Positions 13,118 through 26,520 of a stretch of 64,000 nucleotides of DNA are shown here, one piece after another. Within the stretch, counting starts at the first letter, position 1. The number at the start of each line of letters is the position of its first letter. Below the pieces are notes generated by a model. That model made no database searches and had not been told where the DNA came from. It saw only the letters and a list, made by a program, of their open reading frames with translations. The stretch covers positions 1,674,001 through 1,738,000 of the forward strand of contig JAMWBK010000004.1 of assembly GCA_029953675.1 (NCBI GenBank), written 5' to 3'. This stretch comes from Rhodosorus marinus CCMP1338. Taxonomy: Eukaryota > Plantae > Rhodophyta. Both the position numbers and the translations under genes were made by a program.

Positions 13118-14304
13118 ATGAATGTTTGCACCCTGCTTTTGGTTTTCTTCGTGTGTCTTATTTTCGCGAAGAAGATTGCTCGTGGGTGCGAGAAGGATGA
13201 TTCGGTGAGTTGGGAGAGGAGGTCAAACTGTTGGACACAGTACTTGTGTATTAGTCGTCATTGGGACTCGGGCTTTCACTTACCCGGAGGTAGATACGAT
13301 TCTTGCTCACCGCAAGAGATGGAGAGAAGGACACAATGTCCTATTGGCTCCAAACCCAAACGCAGTGAGAGATGTTCACGTACTGTGAGATCCAATCTTG
13401 ACGGAGCGTCGATGTGCTAGGTTTGAAGAAAATCGAGAAGCCTGAAGGCCAAGTCCTTGAACTGGTCGAAAGTTTTTGATTTGTTCACATTGCATTGTTC
13501 GGCAAGAAACTTTGTTTGTTTTAGAAGCGGAAATAAGATACGCTAACATGTTGTAGAGTTCACAATTAATAGTATGTTCAGGTTTGTTTTCGTTCAAAGA
13601 AGCTAAGCTCTTAGACATGTAAGCATTCCCGATGGTGTTGCCGAGCTCAAGTTCGCAGCGTCAATATTCAATCAGTAGACGGAGCTCTTGCATGATACAG
13701 TGAGCAGGGCACTTGCTGCGGCGCGGTTCATGCTTGTTGACCAGCTTCAGAATTGGCCTCGTCGTGAATTTATCCAAGAACCCAGTGACAAGCTTATGAT
13801 GATCAGGATGGTCGTACCAGGGGGGTGAACCCGCGAGGGTGACAGAGTGCAGGCCGCCAAGGCACGTTTGTCCTCTACCCAAGACCTAACGTATTCGAGG
13901 AGGAAGAGAAGAAAGACCATTTTGGCCGGGGTGGTGCTTCCAAGGGTTGACGGACCCGGAGGTCACGCTGGTGGTGTTGTAGAAGGGGATGAGCGGTCGC
14001 TGGTACATCGGGGGTAGCTCCGACAGCCACGGAGAGGAAAGAAATCCTGAACCGCACACCGAAGTACCACTGTGGGTTTCGTGACTTTGATTGTTTTCCT
14101 TGGGCAACAAGCTATGCAACGCGTGTACGAAACGACTACAAGGACAATCTGGTCTCGGCTAACATTAATCCCAGTAAACTAAGAGCCAATGCCGCTAGGA
14201 ACGGAGGACCTGGTCCAGGGAATTATTCCATTCGAGGCGGGGAAACCCGCAAGAACAACCCTGGATGCTGCCTTCGCTACCAGCTGGTATTTTCAGTGAA
14301 CTAG
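13118..14304 (+). CDS. Hypothetical secreted protein, multi-exon
   Basis: Signal-peptide-like MNVCTLLLVFFVCLIFA is followed by a GTGAGT donor. A terminal stop-free stretch of about 100 codons (…KYHCGFRDFDCFPWATSYATRVRNDYKDNL…PGCCLRYQLVFSVN*) is missed by the ORF track because it has no start codon. Internal exons are unresolved. Confidence 0.4.
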
Positions 14305-14767
14305 GACTTCAAGCACTGCAACTATGAGCCGGTCGCTGATCTGCGCAACGGCAGTTAATTTAACAGAATATATTGACTGATATCCAGTATTATTTTTCAT
14401 TTAATGAATTTTATAATGATTGTGGTCTTGATGTAGGCACAAGGTTCTTAATCATGCGGACTGCAGCATAGAATATTAAGCCAGAGCTCCTAGAGTTTGT
14501 CAATAAATCCTTTAAATATAGGAACTAGTGATTGATACCCCAAAATTATTTCTATTTGACCGGATAATAGTGATTGAATTCCTAATTTAAGTAGATACTC
14601 TTAATCAAAGAAGGTTGTGTATGCAGATAAGTTGATGTTGTTGCACATGAAGTACTTTTTGTTGATGGGAACGGAAGGGAGGCGGGAGGAGTTGGAAGTG
14701 CTTTGCTGCCTTTTTTTTGCTTTTGAAGAGGGTTTTGGGAGGGTGGATACTAAATAAGAGAGGAAAT

Positions 14768-17700
14768 ATGGGGTCTAGAGGTGGCCTCTCGAGTGTGAAG
14801 AACAAAGCTCCCGCTCCGATTCAGATCACTGCGGAGCAGCTGCTTCGTGAGGTAAGGAACAGTCTCCTTGAATGTGAATATCTCTCGGCTGGAGGATGAT
14901 GGTTGCCTTAGAAGATCCTTCTGTTTTTTTTTGCCTTTTTGTCTCGTTTGGCTTCGGATCCGTTTTGCTTATGTCAATGACCATGTACCGTTTGTGTGTA
15001 TGCGTGTGCTTTTGCTGTTGCTGTTTGGTAGGCATGGGAAAGGAAAGAAGTAGAAAGCACCAAGGCTCCGAAACAGAAAATAACCGACAAGAATGAACTT
15101 CGAGAATACCGACAAGGAAAAAGGAAGGATTTCGAGGATAGAATACGAATGAATCGTACGCACCTTCCTCTCTGGGTAAAGTATGCGAAATGGGAGGAGA
15201 CACAGCAGGAGTACGATAGATCAAGATCTGTTTATGAAAGGGCTCTGGACGTGGATTACCGATCGCATACTGTGTGGTTGAACTATGCGGAAATGGAAAT
15301 GCGCCACAAGTACGTCTCATACCCCAAATTTCGCCTTGGGCTTGCCATTCTTTCTTTGCTGGATTTCGCTACCTCGTCACTCACGCCGTTTTCTGATCAA
15401 GCGTGAAATCTCAATTCCCATCCGTGAAGATTTGTCAACCACGCCAGAAACGTATGGGACAGAGCAATTGCTCTGCTACCCAGAGTAGCCCAGCTGTGGT
15501 ACAAGTACGCTTTCATGGAAGAAATGCTTGGCAACTTTGCAGGAGCGAGGAATGTATTCGAGAGATGGATGAAATGGGCACCAGATGAGAATGCTTGGAT
15601 GGCGTTCGTAAGGTTTGAGCTACGTCACGGGACCACGGGCAACGCCCGCAACGTTTTCGAGAGGTAAGACATTCACTAGTCCCCATCGGACAAAGAGAAA
15701 ATGCCGTTCGAAGCTCGGCGCTGATCAGAAACCTCGTTGCTTCTCTCTTCTCTAACTTCGGAAAATGACAATTGTTCCAATAGGTTCATCCAGTCGTTCC
15801 CGACGATAAAGGCGTACATCAAATATGCCCGATTCGAGGAGAGGCAGAGGGAAACGGGCAAGGCTAGAGAGATTTTCGAGAGGCTTTCCGATGAGTTGCC
15901 GGAGGAACTGGTCACTGGGGATTACTATTTGGCCTTTGCCAAGTTTGAAGAGAGAGCTAGGGAACCCGAGCGAGCTCGAGCAATCTATAAGTGAGTGCTA
16001 ATCGTCATTTGTTCCTGCTTAGACCCGCCGCAGGCTTGGCGTTTTCTCACAGTTGTGCATCGCGACGTTAGATATGCGATCGAGAACATCCCAAAGGCGG
16101 AAGCGCAGGAGCTACACAGCGCGTATTCTGCATTTGAGAGGCAGAGAGGAGACCGAGCGGGTGTGGAAGAAGCGATTTACACTAAGAAACGAATCGAGTA
16201 CGAGGAAAAATTAGCGGAGAATCCGCGCAATTACAATGCGTGGTTTGATTTGGCGAGAATGGAGGAGGCCAACTCAACTCCGGAAAAGATACGTGAAGTA
16301 TACGAGCGAGCAATAGCTCACATCCCCCCTCCCGATGAAAAGCGTTATTGGAGAAGGTAATCTGCTTCCATCCTGGAGAGCTGTTCTTCAAGTCCTTCGC
16401 TGGGACGTCAGATGTCGACAACCTGCTTCGAGAGTAGAATTTGCACCTCACAAGTGGACCTTTATTCTCCTTCATTTCTACAACAGATACATCTACCTTT
16501 GGATCAACTACGCGACTTGGGAAGAGCTGGAGATGGGAGATCTGGAAAGGGCCCGGCAAGTATATCGATCGTGTCTGAAATCAATTCCGGATAAGCACAA
16601 GAGGTTTTCCTTCTCCAAGGTAGGATGAGGATGCGGTTCGCTACAGCACTTTCGAGGCGGCCCATCCCGTCAACAAGCAGGGGAGGCGGAGGTTGAGTTT
16701 CATCTATTGTTTTATTTTGCATTGCGAGCCCTAAAGCGCAACGTTTTGGCTTGCGTTTAGATCTGGCTCCTTGCTGCGAACTTGGAGATTCGCCGGCACG
16801 ACGTCGCCGAAGCCAGGAAGCTTCTAGGCCAGGCTCTGGGAGTGGCTCCCAAGGAAAAGATCTTTCGTGGATACATCAACGTGGAGTTAGCATTGGGGGA
16901 AATGGACCGATGTCGAAGGATTTTTGCCAAGTGGATCGAGACGAATCCCTACGGCGTCACTGCGTGGAAAGAGTTCGCTGAAATGGAGGCGTCACTAGGA
17001 GAAACGTCCAGGGCTCGAGCGGTTCTTGAACTAGGGGTTTCGCAGGATGAGCTTGACATGCCGGAACTTTTGTGGAAGGTTAGAAGTACACTTGGATGAC
17101 TCATATGAACAGTAGCCAGGTACGCTAACCCTGTTGATGGCTTTTTTGTTCGGTTTTGACACGATTTTTTGTAGACGTACATTGATTTCGAGATCGGCGA
17201 GGACGACATGGATGCCGCTAGGAAACTGTATGATAGGCTGTTGGAGAAGACACGGCACGGGAAGGTTTATCAATCATACGCGCAATTCGAGAGTACGAAC
17301 GGACATGTTGACAAGGCGCGAAAGATTTACCGGGATGGAGATCGTGCTTTAAAGAGCGCAATCACGGAGGTCTGTGGAGATCATAGACGACCACAGGCGT
17401 TTTGGAGAATCGCTGTGCCATCTGACCGAAACGAGCAACTGCATAATTGTGTTTTTTTTTTTGTGTCTCATAGGCTTCCGCCGGAACAGATGGAGAATCA
17501 GAAGGTCTTGCAATAACACTGAAACAGGAGCGGGTGAACCTGCTCAAGGCTTGGAAGGACTTAGAAACGAAAGCGGGGTCAGAGGAGGGTTTGGCAGAAG
17601 TGGAGAAGAAGATGCCAAGGAAGGTAAAGAGGAAGAAGCCGCTTCTCGACGAGCACGGAAATACTTCAGGTTGGGAGGAATACTACGACTACGTGTTCGA

Positions 17701-17785
17701 AGAGGACGACGAGGCTGCACCGCATTTGAAGCTTCTCCAGGCGGCTCAAAGCTGGAAGAAGGCTATGTCAGCGCAGCAAAGCTAG
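14768..17785 (+). CDS. CRNKL1: Crooked-neck (CRN/Clf1/Syf3) HAT-repeat pre-mRNA splicing factor, about 9 exons
   Basis: [19 protein letters not shown]; [25 protein letters not shown]; [16 protein letters not shown]; [10 protein letters not shown]; C-terminal [10 protein letters not shown] and [12 protein letters not shown]. Canonical introns join the ORFs. Confidence 0.96.
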
Positions 17786-18011
17786 TCCTTCGCGCGCGAC
17801 CCGTCCCCTACCAGAGCAATACCCCCCTGGCTGTTCTTCGATCTGTGTGAATAAAAACGCCTGTAAATACTTGCTTTTTAACTCTCAACCTACGCCGACT
17901 CCTCGCCTCTATCACGAGCTATTTCCCCCTTACCAAGACCACACCAGGTTTCCAAGAGACTCCGTTCAGGGCCAAGCTTTGTCGAACTGCGTCGACAAAA
18001 CGGATTTCTCA

Positions 18012-18682
18012 CTACTCCTCTTCCTCCTCCGCTTCTTTGGATCTCTGCTTTTGTTTTTCTGCCTGTTTCCTCCGCTTCTCTTCTTTTGCTTTGTTTCTCC
18101 TCTGATCACGATTCATCCCTGTCATGGCTGTGGGGACAGATCCGCCTTTCGCCCCTTTCGAACCTTTTGGAGCAGCTCCATCTCTATCGAACACATCTCC
18201 GTACATTCTAATACGCTCCTTAACCCTGTTACACATGAGGAAACCCGGAACCAAAAGGAGACCTAAGAAGCGCGCACCCCTGAAACGAAACTCGTACTAT
18301 GCCAAGTTTGGTCTTACATTTTCAGCTGTTCGTTGGACTTTCGATTCTGCAGGGCACTATATATCCCCAAGCCAATAGCAACCAATGTGCAGTAAGCACC
18401 GAGCACGAACGCAACGTTTGCGAGGATAATCTCAAGCGTAGACGGAGGGAGCGGTGAGTACGACGACGCTGAATCCAGCATGTCGCCGGCGTCAATCGCA
18501 TCAATCGCACCAGCAGCTTCAGCAAGCTTAACAACCACACCCTCCAATCGCATCGATACTCTCACAGCTCTTCTCCTGGACTCAGCTCTAGCCCTTCCCG
18601 TCCTTTCCGCAGACAAGAATCCGGAAAGGCCGCCCCACCCAACAAACCCCAAGGTCGCCCTCTGACGACCCATTCCATCCAT
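18012..18682 (-). CDS. Small plastid-targeted single-pass membrane protein of unknown function, 2 exons
   Basis: Transit-like LGFVGWGG...RRRAVRVSMR; TM segment IILANVAFVLGAYCTLVAIGLGIY. The GTAAGA...AACAG intron joins in frame to a basic tail ending KEAEEEEE*. Confidence 0.65.
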
Positions 18683-19175
18683 ACTTATCAGTCCAACTTC
18701 AACAACCCTCAGATCATAAAAACTAACAGAAAATCAAATCTAAAATCTACGCTGCCTCTCTAATCATCCATAAGCAACCAGATTCAACTACCTCCAATGT
18801 CTCCTCCCCCCCCCCCGCAACCACCAAACTCATCAAGAGACCCTCACACCAACCTCCCCACGACCAGATTGCAACGAAGCAATCACGTCCACAGCCGAGC
18901 CCTTAATGAACTGTCAGTTTTCTATTCAACGAATTAAAACATCTTAAAAATAAATAAACCAATTATTTATCCTTATATTAGATAAGTTCTTTAATTGGAT
19001 GTTTATGAACCAATTAATACTCGTAAACAATTTTAAGGTGTATTATTTGTTATTAGAGTATCTTGATACGATGTTATCGATCACGGTTTGTTAGAATAAT
19101 ATTTTATTTTATTTATTTTGAAACAGGTAGTGTTCTTTTTTTCTTTTTTTTGAAGTGGGGCTTCTGGTGTGGGCG

Positions 19176-20666
19176 TTAGGGTTTCGGGATGGTTGCTTGT
19201 TGGTTCTCTGCTGCCTCTGTGGTTGCTTTGATGAAGCGGTCTTTGAGGGGTTCGAGGTTCTGTCCTGTCTCCACGCTGACCTGGATTGGATCGGTAGCGT
19301 TTTCGAGGTAGAGGGACTCGTGCTTGAAGAATTCGTCCAGGTCGGATTTGGAGAGGACGTCGATCCACTGCCGATCTGCGCGGGGGAACCTCTCCCTGAT
19401 TGCTGTGCGCAGCTCTAGCTGATCCGCTACCGACGTACCACAGTCCTCCGTCAGGTCAACTATAAACAATACGACAGAGTTGAGGTGCTGCAAGGCCGCA
19501 ACCGCGAGTTTCTCAATTGTGTTCCGGTCGTCCTCGTCGCGGTTGAGGAGTCCGGGAGTATCAGTCATCTATTCCACATTCAGCAAGAAAACAACCCCAT
19601 CAGCATCCCACCTGGTTGCCAAAGTCGAGGTTCATGACCTGGAGGAGGAGAGGACAGCCTTCTGCTCACCTGAAAAGTGCGTCCGGACTCTGTGAAATGT
19701 CCCATGATGATTGTCTTCGTAGTAAACGGGTAGGCGCACACTTCCGGTATACCACTGCTGTACACTCGAACCAGGCTTGACTTTCCCACATTTGGAGCAC
19801 CTGCAATAATAATAGTTGGTACATCTACATCCGCAATCTAAGTACGGAGAGGACACAAAAGCCGTGGGTCAGAAACAACATTTTGAGGCACTCGTTTCAC
19901 TATTCTCATGGATGTAGACCTACCTGCAACCTATGCAGTGCAATAGCCATTAGCTTCAACCTCTCCACTGAGCCCCAGTTCTTCCTATAAATATTCTCCA
20001 GCGAAGTGAAGGCGTCTTCGAAGGCCTTTTCCAGTCCTTTCTTGTTTTCAGCGTTGCGGATGCCATTCGAGAGGTCCTTTCCTTGTATGTTGATCTTCTT
20101 TTTCAAGTCGAGAATCTCCTCCAGTACTCCATTGTAACCTCTATGGGCGGAAACGCCAGAACAAAAGTGCTCTTGAAATACAGAACCTCAACGTCAGGTT
20201 GAAGACGTCCAAACTCAAGTGCTTACCCGTATTTGTTCAGGCCAATACTTTCCAGGGTGAGGTCCACCAAGGCATCCTCATACGGATGTAATTTAGACTT
20301 TCTCGGGAACTCTCGAAGGTATTTTTCCAATCGGTTCGCGAGTTCCTGCCTGAAAGTGTCCAGCTTCTTCAAGCTAGAAAGGCGCAAAAGTTCGTTGAAC
20401 GATTTACCCCGCTTCGTCACAGCGTCGAGGCTGGCTCTCGAGGACACCCTTAAAGCCCTCGAAAGGTGTTCCTCCGGCTTGGAAATCACGGGAATTTCGC
20501 GAAGCCGATTCCTCCCGTTCCGGGTCTCAAACGGCTGCCTCCATTCTCCCGACGACTTTGAGTCCGCACACACCCACAGCCCACGATTTCTCCTACATTT
20601 GTTAGTTGGCTGACTGGTGTGCAAGTCTTTAGTGCTTAAACCTTGATATACAGTTACAAAACCCAT
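19176..20666 (-). CDS. Plastid-targeted NOG1-like (Obg/HflX superfamily) GTPase, multi-exon
   Basis: Transit MGFVTVYQG; N-terminal helical domain KLHPYEDALVDLTL; G1 GAPNVGKSS; G2 AYPFTTK; G3 DTPGLLNR and NTIEKLAVAAL; G4 SKSD. Confidence 0.9.
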
Positions 20667-21719
20667 ATTTATCTTCAACGATCCCGTTCTGCTTCTCCTC
20701 AACTCGCCCCTCGCAATCTTCACGACGCCGTCCAGAATGTGAAAAACCCTACAACGCCTGGACACTCGCTATATTAAGAAAAGTTTCCAAATATGGACTA
20801 GTTCCATCACAAAAAGTTCTTTGCTTATCCTAAACATTGCAATTTGTGAAAATAATTTGGACAAAAGAGTCTAAAAATCTTACATTTTGGAAATACTTGC
20901 AAGCCAGTGAATGACGACGTCAACAATTGTGCCTTGAGTCTTCTTCGGAGGGCTTGCGGTCGAGATTGGAAACTTGCAGAGCGTCTCTGTCGCTGTCGCT
21001 GGATGATGATTGGGATGATTTGTCATTGTAGCTCCCGAACTGGGATCCTACCTAGCGGCGCGCAACTAGCAGACTATCGAGGAGTCTATAGTGCTGAATT
21101 GGTGGGATTTCGCTGGTACGATTCATACGGAGTTGCGACCCTGTCTGAGCAGGGGTCAGTCGAGGACTCGCTAACACCCCGGCAGTACCCGCTGCCTTGG
21201 GAGACGAAGTTTACATCAGCCCTGGCCCGGGGGCCGCTGGAAAGTCGTTTATTTACTCAACCTGATAGAATTTCAAGACATAAATCACAAAACAAACCGG
21301 CTTTGTGAGACCTCATCGGGCGAAGTAGACGTACGCTCTAAGGCCTAAGACTCGCACGATCCTTCCTATTGTGCTCAGATCGGTCGAATCCACATGTCAC
21401 CAACAAAGCGCCATTTTGTCGACGTGTACCAGGCTCACGGTTGGATTCTAGAAACAGAAGAAAAAGTTCTGAGAAGAAGCTTATAACAGATTACCACAAA
21501 GGAGATCCATCGTCGACCAGATCCTTTTACAGGTAGTGTCAGGAGCCAGCAATATGGGTGAAGTGTTCCTCCACCTACCCAGCCGTGGTGGCAAATGTGA
21601 TTGAATCAATCTTTAACATTATCACAGCTATTACTGCGACGGTGTCAGGAGGGCATGTGGGCAGTTTGGGAAGGACATCGAAGATTCTCATGTAACTGTC
21701 TTTTTGCTTCTTGAAAGAC

Positions 21720-22464
21720 TTATTCGTGCCGCATGCTCATGCCCAGTGCGAGCGTATAGAGTCCGTTGAAAATTACAAATCCCTCCGCGGCCAGTTTGTT
21801 GAGCTCCGGTAAGAGATCTGCGAGAGGAATGCGTCGAACTTCGATGTTTTCACCGTCGTCGAGTCTTTTGGGGTTGCGGAGATTGGCGTTTGGGCGTGGT
21901 GGGTGGGACAAGAGTATGCGGAGTTAGTTGAATTTGCTTCGAGTGGATTTTGACGACCGTCTCAACTCACGCCTGCTTTGGGTTCGCGTTTCGTGGATCG
22001 CTCAGATCGACGTCTACAATTATCGTCTTTATGGCTTCGTTTGTCAACCCTGGGCTAAGACACGTCACAGGCGAGGAAGTCTTTGCAAATCCAACGTATC
22101 CAGTCTCCTCTCTCAATTCCCGAACTGCCGCTTCTTCCGCTGTCTCGCCAGGATCAATCAAACCCGCTGGAAGCTCCACCGTCTTCCCTCCTACTGGAGG
22201 CCTGTACTGAACCACCACCAGCGTAGAAGGCGGATTAATTTCAGACTTGAGCCTACTCAAAATCGCAACGGCGTCAACGTCATTTCCTGCGCTCCGCGTC
22301 GTCCGCGCAGCCGAGTTCCACAACCTCTCCTGCTTCCCATCCGTCCAGGTGATCGTCTCAAGTTTCAGAAACTTCGTACGGGCCACCTCCTCTACCCGAA
22401 TGTTCTTGGTAATATGATCGCTCATCTTTTTTACAAATAAGACCTGTCTCAGCCCTCTTGCCAT
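21720..22464 (-). CDS. Nudix hydrolase, ADP-ribose pyrophosphatase type (NUDT5/Ysa1-like), 2 exons
   Basis: Complete Nudix box GLIDPGETAEEAAVRELREETGY preceded by QYRPPVGGKTVELPAG. The GTGAGT...AAG intron gives NPKQALDDGENIEV. Confidence 0.92.
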
Positions 22465-23156
22465 GTCCCAAGACTACCCTATGGATCCGCAACCCCAAGC
22501 CGGAACCGGAACCAATACCAATTCCGAACAGGAATTAACATATTTATTTAGTACCAACTAGTACATAGTAAAATACAAGAAATACAAATGGGACAAGGAC
22601 GAGCATGTCGTGGGACTGGTTCGGAGAAGGCGGTGGCAGAGAGAACAATGTTCGTTGACGAAAAAGTGCTGCGATGGGATGCTCTGGTATGGAGATTTTC
22701 CAGTGAATCTTGGAAACTCAAGACTGCAAAAGCGTCGACCCCGCATGGAAGCTAACCGTAAGAAGTTTTAAGCAGAGGAAACCGGAAGTTTTGGCTGGAC
22801 AGGACTGCGAGCTCGGGTTTTCCCCAGTCATGCGGAAAGCAGGGACGGTTCGTCTGGGTATTGGAAGGGGACCCTCAATGCTTAAAGGATTCGATCTAGA
22901 CTGCAGCAGAGCCTTAAAGTGGGCCCGGGTGTTTTGATTCGCCTCGCGCAAGAGCCGTGTTCATCAATTTTCTTTCCCCAACACCTAGTCATTAAATACA
23001 AGCTCCGGGTTGAGTGCTACAGAACCTTTCCAGTAGCCTCGAGCTCGCTAACCACTACCCAATACTATGCGACTGCCAAATCACGGCTATAGTCAGCGTT
23101 CATAAGGAAACTGTACACGATGCTAACGCTATTTACAACCTCAGAAAGCTCACGCC

Positions 23157-23722
23157 CTAGCGACGGTGAGGCCGAGAGTTCCTCGCAAGCTCTCTCCAAG
23201 TTGGGGTCAGACGAGCGGCCCTCGCCGCTGTCCTCTCATCCAGCCGTTGGTAGATTAGTTTCATGATATCTGCGGGTATTGCCTCAAGATCCAGCATTCT
23301 CTGAACACGTCATTTCCATATGAAAAGCGAGTCAGTTCTTCCAGCACCTACGCAGCAGAAGCTTTCCATTGTTGTGCACACCCAGTACCTCATCCTGCGC
23401 TTCCCTCCTGCTCGACGAGCTCCCGGCAAGCCTTTCGTAGTGCTCAATATCGCGCCTCCACGATGGAATAGCCTCTCGGACTCGCTCTAAGGATTCCCTG
23501 TCAAGGTGGCTAACTATGCTCTCCACCAAATCTCCGGGCAGCGAGTCAAGGTCAAGTTCTAGTACAAACAAGAAGAAACGAAAAAACAACTCTTCGACTG
23601 AGCCAACTAAAACCAAAAGCCAGAACCTCCCAAACCATTGTAATGTCAAGCAGTTCAAACACGTCGCAAGACCAAAAAAAAGAAAGAAGCTCACCTCGCT
23701 CCGTTTCTCTTTCTTCCGTCAT
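23157..23722 (-). CDS. 113-aa protein consisting of two tandem F-box motifs, 3 exons
   Basis: ATG at 23722; GTGAGC...TAG and GTACTG...CAG introns join in frame. Motifs LDLDSLPGDLVESIVSHLD...IPSWR and LDLEAIPADIMKLIYQRLD...TPTWR; stop at 23157-23159. Confidence 0.72.
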
Positions 23723-24136
23723 CGAGGAAACCAAACCGAAACAATCAAACAAAACTACTGTCGAAGAACAAAACAAAAACCTCCTCCCGACTCCTTTAAA
23801 CCGCGTTCCAGGACCAAACCGTATCAATACTCTGCTTATAATAACAGAACTCCCACCCCACAACGGCGCGAGTCAAAGTTCAAAACAAACAATCCAGAAC
23901 TAGTTCCTCCAAAATCCAATTCTAAAACGCTACGGAAGTATCTATCCTCGCCCGACTCCTTACCCACTCGTCTCTCATGAAATATTGCGAAGGCACGTAC
24001 TCGCTCCTTCCCAGCATCACGACCCTCCACAATATCAACTGTTCTATACCTCCCAGGTGATGAAGAAAAAGCCAGCTCTGCACCTTGACCAAACGCGCAG
24101 ACCATGTCCAGGGTAGTGCTCGACTTAGCTAAACAG

Positions 24137-26070
24137 ATGAATGAGATGAAGGTGTTTAATATTCTGGTTGGACTTCTTTTTGCCGTGTCTATCATCTACG
24201 TGGTGATTGCACCTTTCACAAAGGTTTGAATTCTTCTCAGCACCTCTAATCTGTCTAGGAGCTGAAGCCCTGAGCTCTGCTTCTGTTCCTTCGCTCACGG
24301 TTATGAAAAAAAATAAAATTTCCGCTTTCGTCTTCTTCCCCCTAACTGAAAAACTCAGGTTGAGGAAAGCTTCAACGTTCAAGCCACCCACGATATCCTC
24401 GCGCTTGGCCTTGACATCGATAAGTATGACCATCTTCAGTTTCCTGGTGTGGTAAGAGAGACAGAGACCAAACGAAAAATCCCGCCGACATTTGTCTCTA
24501 AAGAGATCGTTGAGACTGAGAAGCCGCTCACTAACTTCACAGGTGCCGAGGACGTTCCTTGGACCCGTTGCGTTGGCCTTGGTCGCACTTCCGCTTCAAT
24601 TTCTGAGAGCCGCCGACGGGTCACGGTTTCCACTGCTACTGATAACCAGAAGCGAGCTGGCGGTTTTGACCGTGACTTCAATAACCAAGCTGCTCTCTTC
24701 GTTTCGATCGGTGTTCTCATCCACCGATGCGTGCTTTGCTGCGCTGTGTTTCCTATCTCAATTCCACTTGCTCTTCTACTCGTCGAGGCCGTTGCCGAAT
24801 GTCTTTGCCCTTGTTCTGACAAACTTGGCGAATGCAGCGAGGGTCAGCTCTCCGGAATCGTCCGTTTCGACGTTCTTACTCTGTGTTGCAGCCGCGGTCT
24901 TCCGCTGCGAGATTGGGATTCTCATCATCACTACGCTAGTGGCGGACTCAATCGTTTTCCCGAAGACGTTGCCTAAGCGACTCTTACTCGGATTCCTAGG
25001 CGGTGTCTTGGGAGCGCTTGCGTCGTTTCAAACTGACTCAGCCTTTTGGAAGCGGCCCTGCTACCCAGAGCTCGAGGTGTTCTTCTTCAACGTTGTCCTC
25101 AACAAGAGCAAAGAGTGGGGCGTATCGCCACTTCACTGGTACTTCACGTCGGCCATCCCTAGAGCTCTACTTGGCTCTCTTCCGCTGGCTGTCTATGGCC
25201 TGGCTGTAGATCGACGATTAGCACGAATCGTCTACCCAAACTTAGTATTCGTTGTAATCTACTCCTACCTTCCTCACAAAGAGCTCCGGTAAGAAGTCGT
25301 TCTCTAAAAAGACCTACAGATAAATTAAGGCAACTGACTCGCCTGCGACCTTGTGCACGTTGCTCTACGCAAAGGTTCATCTTCTATGCGCTGCCGATGC
25401 TCAACTTGTGTGCTGGAGTCGGCCTATCCTCTTTGTTCAAGTCCAGGTCCAAATCGAAGCTGAGATACCTTACGTTCCTGTGCGGTTGTGGGCTCCTCCT
25501 GGCTTCACTGCTGGTGACGATGTTCGCGCTCTACGCCTCACGCCTCAACTACCCCGGAGGTCACGCTCTAAGAACCATGCATGAGTTGGAAGCAAGCGCC
25601 GAAAGAGCAAACGTTCTCGGCGACGACGAGGCGCATCGATTTGTACACATCGATGTCGATGCGGCCATGACCGGTGTATCGCGTTTTCGTAAGCGTGAAG
25701 AACCCAGAAATCTTTTCAGCAGGCCATGAGGGAGCCTAGAGCCTAACTATATCCTGTCTGCGACTAACAGTCGAAAGCCCAGCGACATGGACGTACTCGA
25801 AGGAAGAGGACCACACGACTCTCAACTGGACAGACTTCTCACATCTCGTTACTGCGCGACCGCACGTGGAAGGATTCAAGGTAAGATCCAGACTTCTAGA
25901 AAGCTAATCGAACTTGGCGACATGCCACTCGCAGAGAGCTGATACGCTCCTCTACTTCTTCTTTTCAGTGTGTTCACGTTGAGCAAGGTTTCATCAAAAG
26001 TTCGTTGCGAGAATTGAGCGTTACGACAGAGCCAAAAGTGTTCGTCCACGTAAGAGAAGACCTATTGTAA
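24137..26070 (+). CDS. ALG12: Dol-P-Man-dependent alpha-1,6-mannosyltransferase (GT22), multi-exon
   Basis: APFTK|[14 protein letters not shown]; YDHLQFPGV|VPRTF; [12 protein letters not shown]; [10 protein letters not shown]; SYLPHKELR|F; [11 protein letters not shown]; [14 protein letters not shown]. Confidence 0.95.
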
Positions 26071-26520
26071 ACGTTCGAAATGTTGGTGAGCTTGCTCCTG
26101 GGAGCAGCGTTTGGCGTTCCGCACAGTGGAAAAACACGCTTGCCATAGTTTTGTCGACGGAAAGGAAGCTTGTTTCATACGCGCTTAGGGGGAGGCATCC
26201 AATCCAGCAAAAATATGTTGCCAAACGAAGGCTTTTAGATCGAGAGAGGTCTACGCCGCTGATCGGAGTCTTGAACGAAAGGAACCGTTAGGCGAGGCAC
26301 AGCTTGGAAGAAAGCCAACTTTCTGCTGGGAGGCGGAGAGATCTGTGGGGGAAGGGCTACACTTGAAAAGCTCGATTTACAAAGATGCTTTGCATGAGTT
26401 TGTTTATATATAGATACGTCTAGTTACAAGGGAAAAGAACAGGCCAACAAATCACCATTCTCGCCGTAATTGAGGACTATACATAGGCGGCTTGTTGTCC
26501 AACCAAGTCAATCTTGACTC

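Noticed and set aside
20907-21700. Possible + strand gene between the GTPase and Nudix genes
   Set aside because: There are a few coding-like fragments, but no consistent start, splice model or motif. Left unresolved.
23836-24195. 119-aa minus-strand ORF upstream of the F-box gene
   Set aside because: It overlaps ALG12 exon 1 on the opposite strand and has no recognisable motif. The F-box gene has its own ATG and donor at 23722.
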